From: Eledone cirrhosa
Lineage: Eukaryota
Reading direction: 5' to 3'
DNA: 64,000 bases
Assembly: GCA_964016885.1 (NCBI GenBank)
Contig: OZ024740.1
Location: 47,306,001-47,370,000 of the forward strand
Numbering within the stretch: position 1 is the first letter of the stretch; each line of letters starts with the position of its first letter. The position numbers were made by a program, and so were the translations under genes. This document shows, piece by piece, positions 54,030-64,000 of this stretch. The notes below the pieces were generated by a model. The model made no database searches and had not been told where the DNA came from. It saw nothing but the letters and a program-made list of their open reading frames with translations.

Positions 54030-54380
54030 AGCGAATACAAGCGACCGAAATAGGGTTCCTCCAAAGCGTTTTGGGTCAACGTTAGTCGACAAAGTGCGTA
54101 GCTCGGAAATCAGGAAGTCACTCCAGGTTGAATTGCTGCTTCTCCGAATCGAGGCATCAAAGCTCCGTTACTACTGACATGTGGTTAGAATGTCTTAAGA
54201 AAGAAGCGGCCAAGGCTAGCCATCAGGAGTTCCAGAGGTAAACCATGAGCGAGGTGTTTGAATAACACCCATAACCCTAGTTGATCTCGCCTGAGGACGC
54301 AGCTGGAAAGAATGTTTCAGGACTCTGCCCCCACAACTCTCTCAGGAATAAGTGGTGGAAGAAGAAGAAGAAGAAGAATG
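54030..54380 (+). mobile_element. Decayed RTE-type LINE 3' fragment with (GAA)n tail
   Basis: VRSSEIRKSLQVELLLLRIEASKLRYY*HVVRM resembles the RTE/Expander C-terminus. Ends in GAAGAAGAAG. Confidence 0.65.
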
Positions 54381-54937
54381 AAATTTTATAATCTCTCTTG
54401 TTTCTGTCTTTCTCTTTTCTATCTCTCCCCCTCTCTCATATGTATGAAGTGGCAAGTTACTACAAGTGTGCAGGCATGGCTGCGTGGTTAAGAAGTTCAC
54501 TTCGCAATCACGTGCTTTCGTGTCGGATCTAACTGCTTGACAACTTAAACAAGTGTCTTCTACCATAGCATCCGATTGACCTTATCAGTGAAATTTGGTA
54601 GACGAAAATGTTGCAGAAGTCCGTCGGGATAAACAATCCATCACTTGATTTAACACCTCAACCTGGCCAACGTGTGCCGTTTGCGGAGTCGAATCGGTTG
54701 CAAGCATTTGAGCCAAGTTTCTGGTCAGAGGATAACTTGCTTCCTTTCTTCCATGAATCTTGGTGGCCGTGAAAAAACGTCAGGCATGCTGTCCTTCTTT
54801 CTATGACTAAGCCATTAAAAATGTTGAAATGTAGAATTGGTAAGGAAATATTCCAGACTATCGAAAGTAATATTTTGCTTTGTTTTTATAGTTAAAAACA
54901 GAAAAAATATAATCAAATATTCCGAAATTGTTTTCAA

Positions 54938-55325
54938 TCATTAATAATAATTATTTCTACTTTTGGCACAAGGCCAGCAATTACCCAGTACATTACTGGT
55001 ACTTTATTTTATCGACCCCGTAAGGATGAAAGGCAAAGTTAACCTCGGCGGGATTTGAACTCAGATCATAAAGGGACGTAACTCTATGCTTCAAAGCATG
55101 GTGTCCGACTCTCTACCGATACTGCCAATCCACCGCCCTTATTCGTTATTAATAATAATTATTTCTACTTTTGGCACCAGGCCAGCAATCACCCAGTACA
55201 TTACTGGTACTTTATTTTATCGACCCCGTAAGGATGAAAGGCAAAGTTGACCTCGGCGGGATTTGAACTCAGAATGGAAAGGGCTGTAATTCTATGCGTC
55301 AAAGCATGACGTCATTAATAATAAT
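54938..55325 (-). mobile_element. Family A SINE dimer enclosed by a 14-bp TSD
   Basis: TCATTAATAATAAT at 54938-54951 and 55312-55325. One full and one 5'-truncated unit inside. Confidence 0.9.
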
Positions 55326-57376
55326 GCATCTTTAAAATGTATGCTTTTAATTTGTTTAAGCATTTTTGGTACCTTGCCAATGCTATTAATCTTGATAGTG
55401 TTGAAGAGAAGAAATTTATATTCAGTTCCAAATCACCTTAGTCAACAACTTTTATCAAGCTGGCTAAGATCCAAATGATTGTCGCTTACTGAGCTAATAT
55501 TAAGTTCACTTAGAGAATATTATATCTTTAGTTGAGCCTTTTTTTACGCTTTTTGTTCGAATCCCACCGAGGTCTAATTTTCCTCAATTTTTTTCAGGTT
55601 CAATTTGTAATATGGTCGATTTGATCAACTATTATATCACCACCCCGAAACCTTTTGGTTTAGGGCCTTAGCTAGAAAATAATATTACTGGGTTAATTAG
55701 TATCGAATGAATGGCAAACGTTAAAAGAACTTTATACTAGTGGTGCCAGCTTTAAAATTCAATGTTTTAAAATGAAATATTAACCGCATAGAAATTTCAC
55801 TTTTGGTTGCCTTCAAAAGTTGGCGTTCATGATGAAATACATAAACTGTACTGTACTATTACATTAATTTTGCATTTACTTTTATATAACTACAAGCGGT
55901 TACATTATCGAAGGTTTCTTGAATAATGACTTCCGTTAAACATGAAAAATGGGATTTTAATTAACAAAATTTGTATTTCCGGCAAAATTATTTCGCCTAA
56001 ATGCTCATTTAACGAACAACTCAAGTATCTAATGTCAGGATACATATTTTACCTCTAGCAACGTTAATTAATTAATACAGATATTGTAATATGGTTCCCG
56101 AAAACACGGCGCAAATTCAAATTGAAGATAATATTGATTCCTCCTATTGATATTATTGACTTAAATGACATGAAATGGGATGAAATAGAAAAAAAAAGAC
56201 CTGATCACTGACAAAATATTTCTGCCGTTTTCATAAGATCAAGGCATTAATTTTTTGAGAAATAGTATTGTACATGAAATAGATTGACTCCAGTACTTTA
56301 TTTTATTATCTACGGAAGGTCGAAAGGCATTGTTGACCTAGGCAAGTTTTGAACTCAGAATATAATGTTCCAACGCTCTGTAGTTTCTTTCCATTCCTTA
56401 CCCCCATTAGTAGTAGTAGTAGTAGTTGTTGTTGTTGTCGTTGATGATTTTGTTGTTGTTGTTGTTGTTGTTGTTGGTGGCGGTGTCGTTGTTGAGGTGG
56501 AGGTTGTACTAGAAATACTTTTCTTTTAGTCCCAAAGGACTCACATACATTTCAATAAGCGATAAAACATGAAGGGTTTGGACGAACAAAGTTATATTTA
56601 AAATGCGAGAGGGATGAGGATAGCATACAAATTGCGAATTAAATATTTTATGAATAAAACAGAATAAGTAGAAAAGTTTATGAAAAACACATAAGTTACT
56701 ATTAAAAGAATAGGTACTCCTAGATTTAATCAGAGAACCCTCGACATTGATCATACCCCGTCTAAGTACTTGTGAGCAATTTGGTAGTATGTACAGACAT
56801 TCGATATTGTTGGCTGTTGTAAAGCATTTAGTAAACATAGATACACATTCTTATAATCTACCTGTCTTTAATATGATACATAATCTGATCCCATTTCTAT
56901 GCAAATTTGTAAAATCTGTTTTTTAAAATGTTCTTGTAAATACATTGGTAGTTTATTTTCTATGTGTAACACAATAACAATCCTTGCTGCTTCATTGGGT
57001 GGTACCGGCGAACATTTAGATGCTTTCACACGATGTTCGTTTTTTTTGGTTTCTTTCGGGATCTTTTGTCACTTATATGATGTTATTTCTTTCTTTGGCG
57101 ATTAACCCTAATTGCTCTTCTGCTATGTCATGTTGCTTATCACAAGACAATGGATCAGGTCTCCTGGAGGTTAGTCTCACTGTCCTTTCTGAGATTGACG
57201 GTGGGGCAACTTTTCTGCCTATACTGGAAGCTGTGACTGGTGGTGCGGTTGACTATGGTACCAGAATCGCAGAGATCGTAGCTTTTAACGTTGATTTTCT
57301 GGAAACTGGAACATGATGTTACCCGTTGTCTTACCTTCCTCTCTCCATTTGTTTCTAGGCTCATCAGGGCAAACTG

Positions 57377-57990
57377 AATAATAGTTTCTACATTTCGCAC
57401 AAGCCCGGCAATTTGAAGGGAAGGGGAAAGTCGATTAAATCGACCCCAGTGTGTTTCTGGTACTCATTTTATCGACCCCATAAAAATTAAAGGTAAAGCT
57501 AACTCGGGGGATTTATAATCAGAACTTAAAGGGCTGTAACTCTAAGCCACGAAGCATGACGTACGATGTTCTACCGATACGGCCAATCCACCACCCTCAT
57601 AATAATAATGATTTTTACTATAGGCCAGCAATTTGGGGAGAGGGGAAAGTCGATTAAATTGACCCCAGTGCATTACTGGTGCTTTATTTCATCGACCCCA
57701 TAAGGATGAAAGGCAAACTCTAAACGTAAAGGGCCATGACTCTATATTACAAAGTATGGTGTCTGACGCTCTATCGATACTGTTAATCCTCGGCCCTCAG
57801 ATTTAAACTCAGAACGTAAAGGGCCGTAACTCTATACTCCGAAAATAATAATAATGGATTGATACTTTATTCATCCACCTTGAAGGAATGAAAGGCAATG
57901 TGACTTCGGTGAGATTAAACTCAGAGCACAGACTACCCCAAAGCATTCTATCCGACGTTCTATTGACTTTGACAATTCTCCGTCTTATAA
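57377..57990 (-). mobile_element. Cluster of three diverged family A SINEs separated by TAA runs
   Basis: Repeated AAAGTCGATTAAAT.GACCCCAGT, ATCGACCCCATAA and AAAGGGCC blocks. Confidence 0.8.
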
Positions 57991-59550
57991 TAATTACAGG
58001 ATAATATAAAACACACGCATCATTAAAAACGATCTAATTTAAAGAATTAAGAATATAATTAGAATATCTCATTTGCTCAAGGGTAAGAGCCACCACCTGG
58101 ATTAGATCAGAATTCTGCACAACTTTGACTACCTTCCGCCTTCATATACATGTCATGCTAATAAAAGAAATAGCTTGTCATGAACGTGTCCATGAGCAGA
58201 TAGGGTGTCGAATTGGATATGGGGTGCAAGATCACTCTAAATCTTGAGTACATTTGCCTGGAAGCTGTTGCTGGAGTTTTCACTGGCAGTTTTTACTTCC
58301 TGCGTTTTATATACTCTTCTCCAATCTCTTCTCAAACCTGCACCTTATCAATTCCGTCCTCCTTAAACGGGTCATTAAAGAAATTCATCAGACAATCATT
58401 GGATATTCTAACCGCCATAAAATTCATGGCTTCTCAGGAGAATTTGTGCTCATTCATTTGCTTACTTCTGAGGGAGGTATTCCTTCGTTTGATATGCATG
58501 TCTTCTTGTTTAGTCCGTTTTTCTTTTCTTTGGGGGTTCTTTTCTCTCATGTTTGTTTTATTTCCACTGTCCTAAACAATATTCCACGTCTGGCATAGAG
58601 GTAAAATCGACCGCAGTACAGAACTGGTACTTTATTTATCAACATCTAAAGGATGAGAGTCAAATTTGACATCTACAGGATTTGAACACAGAGAGTGAGG
58701 TGGTATTTTAAAAATCAACACTCTAAACTGAAATAAAAAATGTCTAAGTTTGTTGTATGCATAGAGATATTTACAGAGATTATTTCATTTTGTTTATGTG
58801 AAATAAAGTGAAATATAAGAAAGAAGCTTTTATAGGAGAAAAGGCAGTTTCCTAAAATATTAGACAGATAGGATAGTTTTTAAAAATGTATAATAGAGAG
58901 AAATAAGCACTATTATGATCCTGACAATGAAACATGAGAAATGACTGGCGTTGACACGATATACTGTGTCAAAAAATGATAACACATATGTAACTCAGAA
59001 CAATTGTGTTGTAAAGGACATTGTATTTTATCTCATTCAGCAAGATATATTATTAACAGTCAATATAAAGTGAAAAGATACAAATCCCAATTCTGGCATC
59101 AGTTACGTTTTCTGTATTAAGCATTTTTCTTTAATTTTGTTACCACCCATCGACAAGCTTTTCAGTCAAGCGTGTAACTAATATTTTCTTTATATATTAT
59201 ATTTATGTAAAACATAAAGGTTCTGGCTTGTAAATATGTTTTAACAAAGGAGTATTTGTTATTCTGACTCTTTGTTAGTCGTAATGTGATACCATATTAC
59301 TGATATAAAGTCGATGTCTGTATTTCAGTAGAGTAAAAAGAAAAAAAAACCAACCGAAATCAATTTCTTATCTAAATCAGTCATTCTCAAGCTGGAAACG
59401 TCCGTTAGACTATGAATCAATATTATTTTTAAGAAGATGCTCTAACATAACACGTTTTATATTTTTATCTGAATCATCAATATAACTAATTTATCACGAT
59501 TAGAGCAATTTAACATGATAACATGCATATGTGAGTGTGCATAAATATAA

Positions 59551-59601
<51 letters not shown>

Positions 59602-59606
<5 letters not shown>

Positions 59607-61564
59607 TCTAAACTAGGACTTCAGAGGCATACACAACCATTCACCCCAAACCCCCCTAGATTCTCTCTGAAGGATCATAAGGAGGACTTCATCAGCAACC
59701 CCTCGATAAGACTTATCTGCCCTTCCAAGTCCGACATTGGTATTATCACCAAGAAGATTTTGGATAAAATCATCCCACAAATTAAACACAAGATACACCT
59801 TAAACAATGGGGAAATACGGGTGAAGTGATTGAATGGTTCAAAGATATCAAGAATAATAAGGACAAAAAATTTATTCAATTTGATATCAATTCATACTAC
59901 ACCTCTATTTCCCCTATCCTATTAAATAAGGCACTTATCATGGCCATGAACAATAGCGACCTGACTAGAGCCCAGATTGATGTCATCCTTGCGGCCCGTA
60001 AAACCATAATCACCTTCGAGGACCAACTATGGACACGCAAGGATACGCACAACAACTTCGTCATAACCATGGGATCTAGTGACTCGGCGAAGGTCACTGA
60101 TTTGGTCGGCCTATACCTTCTCAATGAAATCCATAAGGACCTCCCTTACCTCAACGGTGGTTTGTACCGCGATGATGCACTTCTACTTATAGAATATAAA
60201 AAATTTAATATAGAAAGAACTAGAAAACAATTGCATAAGACATTCAAAAACTTTAACCTTAGTATCACCATGGACAAAAACACTAAAAATGTTAACTTCC
60301 TAGACGCCACACTATACCTAGACTCAAAAATATATACACCTTTCCATAAGCCTAACGAAAAACTCATTTACGTAGATACCAAGTCTAATCACCCTAGATC
60401 AATATTAAACTCTATCTCTAAGGGGTGTCCAATAGAATCTCTAGTCTGTCCTATGACGCAAACATATTTAGCAAAAACTCACAATATTACAATCAAGCAT
60501 TAGCTAGATCCGGCCATAATATAGAAATTGAGTTCCTACCTAAGAAAACACATAGCTACAACATCATCTCGCACAACATGTCCATGAGGAAACCTAATAA
60601 TAGGAATAGCAACCACAAGTACACCAAAGCGGAGGGTGCCACCGGAAGTAACCATTACCACGGAAACTACTGCGGTGCCTTAGGAAGAAACAACACACCA
60701 AACACTAAAAACAAAAATAGAAGAAGAAATAATACATTTTTCAACCCTCCTTTCAACCTAAATGTCTCCACCAACATACCTAGGGCTTTCTTCTCACTAC
60801 TAGATAAAAACTTCCCTCTAGGACACAAGTACCACAAACTTTTAAACAAAAACACTATTAAAATCTCATACTCTACGACGCCTAACTTAGCATACCACAT
60901 AGCTAGCAGCAATAAAAGTAAAATTAATTCTTACTTCCAACAAACAAAATCACAACAGGATGCAAACCTTCTAAATACCTCTGTAGCAAGCAACCATAGT
61001 AACGGCAGTAACAATAGAAATAACACTGGTATAAGAAATAACACCGGGGTTGACAACCCGAATGTCCAAAATCCTATAGCTACCACCCAGACGTCTGCAC
61101 TGCATTATAACCAGCAGACTAACACGCAGGATAATTGTAACTGTAGAGCTAATAGAACCTGCCCTTTAGATAAAAAATGCCTAACCAAGGATATCATATA
61201 CTCATGCACCGTCACAACTAGCAACTCTTCAGAAACCTATGTAGGCTCCACTTCTAACTGCTTCAAAATCAGATATAATTCGCACATCCACTCGTTCAAA
61301 AAGCACAGCCTAGCCAACTCCACCTCACTTTCTAGCTACATACACTATCTAAAAACTAAAAATAAACCATACACACTCAAATGGGAAGTGATAGGCAGCG
61401 CGACCTCGTACAAACCACCTAATAAATGTTGTAACCTCTATATACTAGAGACCCACAATATTATCTTCTCCAGCCGTAACCTACTTAACAAAAAATCTGA
61501 GGTGTTTGCAACTTGCCAGCACCGCTTCAGACATTCCTTCCAAAACTTTAAGCCCAATATATAG
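59602..61564 (+). pseudogene. Penelope polyprotein (RT + GIY-YIG endonuclease), split by one frameshift near 60424
   Basis: RT motifs RLICPSKSDIG, FIQFDINSYYTSI, TMGSSDSAKVTDLVG, GLYRDDAL, VNFLDATL and SNHP; linker CNCRANRTCPLDKKC; GIY-YIG IIYSCTV...TYVGSTSNCFKIRYNSH...TSLSSYIH...LKWEVI...LLNKKSE..CQH. The ORF-track start at 59535 lies in microsatellite and is not a real start. Confidence 0.93.
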
Positions 61565-62954
61565 CAATGTCGGACTTGAACCAAACACCACATCTAGCAT
61601 CAAACACCAGGAGCACACCTTATACCACATACCCAACACTAACTGATCTAATATAACACAAACAACGACATCCCTCTGAAACCCCTCGCAGGGAGAATAC
61701 CCATTTATAACTCTACGTCAGGTGTGACAACATCCACCCACTTGAACTGCACTACACCGCTCTATAGGTAATTTGAGCATGAATTGATTGGTTTGGTAGT
61801 GTTGTGCGGAGGAAGTGCCTTCCTTAGACAGATGAAAAACGATTTAATCTAGTAACGCTGTTGAGCAGTAGGACCAGGACGCTGAGCGCAGAGAATGAAT
61901 GTATTGCAACTGGCGTGCGGGTTGTACATATATGGATGATTTGGCGGTCAGAGAGAGGTCGTGAGGACTGCGGATTGACCTCTGGCCGGACCTGGTGATG
62001 ATTATCTTTCGACATCCAATGTAGCAAGCGATGACCCAGAACTTACCAGAGATCATTGTGTCTTGAAGTGATTCTGCAACCACCGCGCCTGGTCCTATGA
62101 GCAGACTACAACCACAGAGATCATTAATTCACCATAATAATTCGAACATCTTCAGCACAACTTAATTAAACTACTCTATAGTTAAAACACTTTATGCTTT
62201 AGAAATTTTTTGGAAGTTGCGCATAACCATAGAAATTAGGGTCTATATTGCGACACATTTCAATAGCTAGGTATAGAAACCCCGGAGTTACCTCCCCTCA
62301 TGCATTAACTCCCCTTAGCCACACACACACTTCCGGGTGGTATTCAATGTCGTTTCTCGAAACGTAACAGCCTCCTGTATTGAACTAAAGAACATCAGAC
62401 TACGATTCTCTAACTGGATTGTCAAACGCTCAATATCGAATTGTCGTGGATTATGTGAGGGGCATATAATCGAAAAATACACTCCCCTGACCATGAAAAT
62501 GTCGAAGTACATGAAGTACTTGTCATCCCTTCGCTGTGCATCTCCAATACTTTTAATATTTTTAATGCTTGCACTATTTTTAATGCTTATATCATTTCTC
62601 CACACACAGACTATATCAATCATATAAAGAATTTGCCACCAGATCAACCAACCTAACACTCTTGTTTACCTACCTAAGTGCCTCTACTACACCTACCTCT
62701 CTGCCACACTATATAAACAAGACGCACGTGCTTGCCACACATATAACATTTGCACCATATAACCGCTTATCTTCATGTTGTATTTTAACCTGTATTTTTG
62801 ATTTTTGATTGTACCTTTTAATATGAATGTAATCTCGAAGTGTGTACTGCCACTCTAAATTCTGTAATGAATGTTGACCCACAATATTTGCATATGTATC
62901 GGTATGTCTCTTGGCTGAAAAGGAGGTCATATAACTGTCCATTCATTAATAAAT

Positions 62955-63001
62955 TGCTCCGACGAATCCAAACCTCGGTTTGGAGGAAACAGCTGTAAGC
63001 A
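62955..63001 (+). ncRNA. Type I hammerhead ribozyme in the Penelope 3' pseudo-LTR, CCGACGA core variant
   Basis: TGCT-CCGACGA-ATCCAAAC(CTCG)GTTTGGAG-GAAAC-AGCT-GTA-AGCA. Stem III is the palindrome ACAGCTGT, as in dimerising PLE hammerheads. Confidence 0.82.
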
Positions 63002-63040
63002 CAATAATGTTTTGAACAGTTCTTTGATTCTTATATTTCA

Positions 63041-63091
<51 letters not shown>

Positions 63092-63240
63092 TAAAATAAC
63101 AGATTAAAGTTTAAGCAAAGAATCGCTGCTTTCACCCTTAACGAGGTTTTCACATTTATTATTATTACTATATATATATTTCGTTTATGAATTTGTTTAG
63201 CAAGATTCTTTATTACAAAACGTGTGCTGAAACCGATATT

Positions 63241-63677
63241 GTTATGCTTTGGGAGAGTCATTATAGAAAACATGAATGGAATACCAACATCACAACTTAC
63301 AATTAAGGACAAAATGAAAACACACATAGAACAATCAACCAACCAGTAACATGTAAATAAACAAATATAAACACACACAGACACCCGGATGTAACACATG
63401 CGCAAACTAAGCACACAACATACACAAAAACAAGATGGCGTAGGACAGAACAAAGGAGAGGCACAAAAACAAAGAAAAGAATCCCTAGTCACTGAAGAGG
63501 TCACAGAATGTGTGACGAAAGGACATTGACAATATATGAACAACCGTCCGGTTGTGGAACCAACCAACCGGAAATTTATAAATTCTTAAATTTATAAATT
63601 TAACTTATAATAAATTGGAGTGAAAGTAACTGGTGCGTGTGTTTCTTATTGGCAACATGACCCTCCCAAAGCATAAC
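63241..63677. repeat. 21-bp inverted repeats around ~400 bp of unique sequence, next to (TA)n
   Basis: GTTATGCTTTGGGAGAGTCAT (63241-63261) and ATGACCCTCCCAAAGCATAAC (63657-63677). Confidence 0.7.
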
Positions 63678-63757
63678 TATATATATATATATATAAAATA
63701 TACATATACACACACACTCACTTACACACACACACACACACATAGACACACACACAA

Positions 63758-63823
<66 letters not shown>

Positions 63824-63987
63824 CGATTTCAAACGAATGGAAACAATCTGGTATTGTAGAAGTCATATATAATAAATATATGCCTTCTATACTAATATAT
63901 TGAGTGACTTATTTAACTGTGGTTCCCTTCCGTTCTTCTTAGGAAAACCATTATGTGAAGTGAGTTAAGCTATCATTATTCGTATTT

Positions 63988-64000
63988 CAAGGGCGGTGGA
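63988..64000 (+). mobile_element. Probable start of another family A SINE at the window edge
   Basis: AAGGGCGGTGGA matches the 5' end of family A. Confidence 0.55.

Larger units (their letters stand above)
59602..63040 (+). mobile_element. Penelope-like retroelement with a Cys-rich linker (Neptune/Nematis-like), 5'-truncated, inserted in (TA)n
   Basis: RT followed by a C-terminal GIY-YIG domain, a ~1.4-kb 3' region, and a terminal hammerhead. (TA)n on both sides. Confidence 0.92.

Noticed and set aside
57345-57372. Minus-strand CTGATGA-GCCTA-GAAAC and similar hits near 18375, 34205, 38912 and 43902
   Set aside because: Stem II, stem III or stem I is missing, so these are compatible with chance or complete decay.
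62315-62659. Overlapping ~100-aa ORFs in the Penelope 3' region
   Set aside because: No recognisable domain and non-ATG or weak starts; likely chance ORFs.

Overview
AT-rich, microsatellite-dense eukaryotic DNA with no intact host protein-coding gene that I can support. It is probably intergenic or part of a giant intron. The repeat content resembles a cephalopod (Octopus-like) genome, which is an inference. Almost all ORFs in the supplied track are translations of (TA)n, (CA)n or (TACA)n repeats. Recognisable elements: a 5'-truncated R4/Dong-type LINE (RT + CCHC + PD-(D/E)xK endonuclease, 7.9-10.3 kb) with further decayed relatives; a large 5'-truncated Penelope-like element (RT + GIY-YIG, 59.6-63.0 kb) and two decayed ones; a mariner fragment; two RTE fragments; a Helitron-like end; and more than 25 tRNA-derived SINE copies. 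Four observations stand out. (1) At least six well-formed type I hammerhead ribozymes, several sharing a CCGANGA core variant, and a divergent pair inside a 300-bp palindrome. (2) A 426-bp retrozyme-like unit carrying a hammerhead and three octamer-like motifs phased 33 bp apart. (3) The tail of the main SINE matches the loop of the R4/Dong 3'-UTR hairpin, and the SINE shows repeated ATAAT-ending target-site duplications, suggesting a SINE mobilised by a site-specific RLE-type LINE. (4) A near-consensus branch point/polypyrimidine/AG|GTAAGT site that may be a recursive-splicing ratchet point. All calls were made by eye; the boundaries of decayed elements are approximate.
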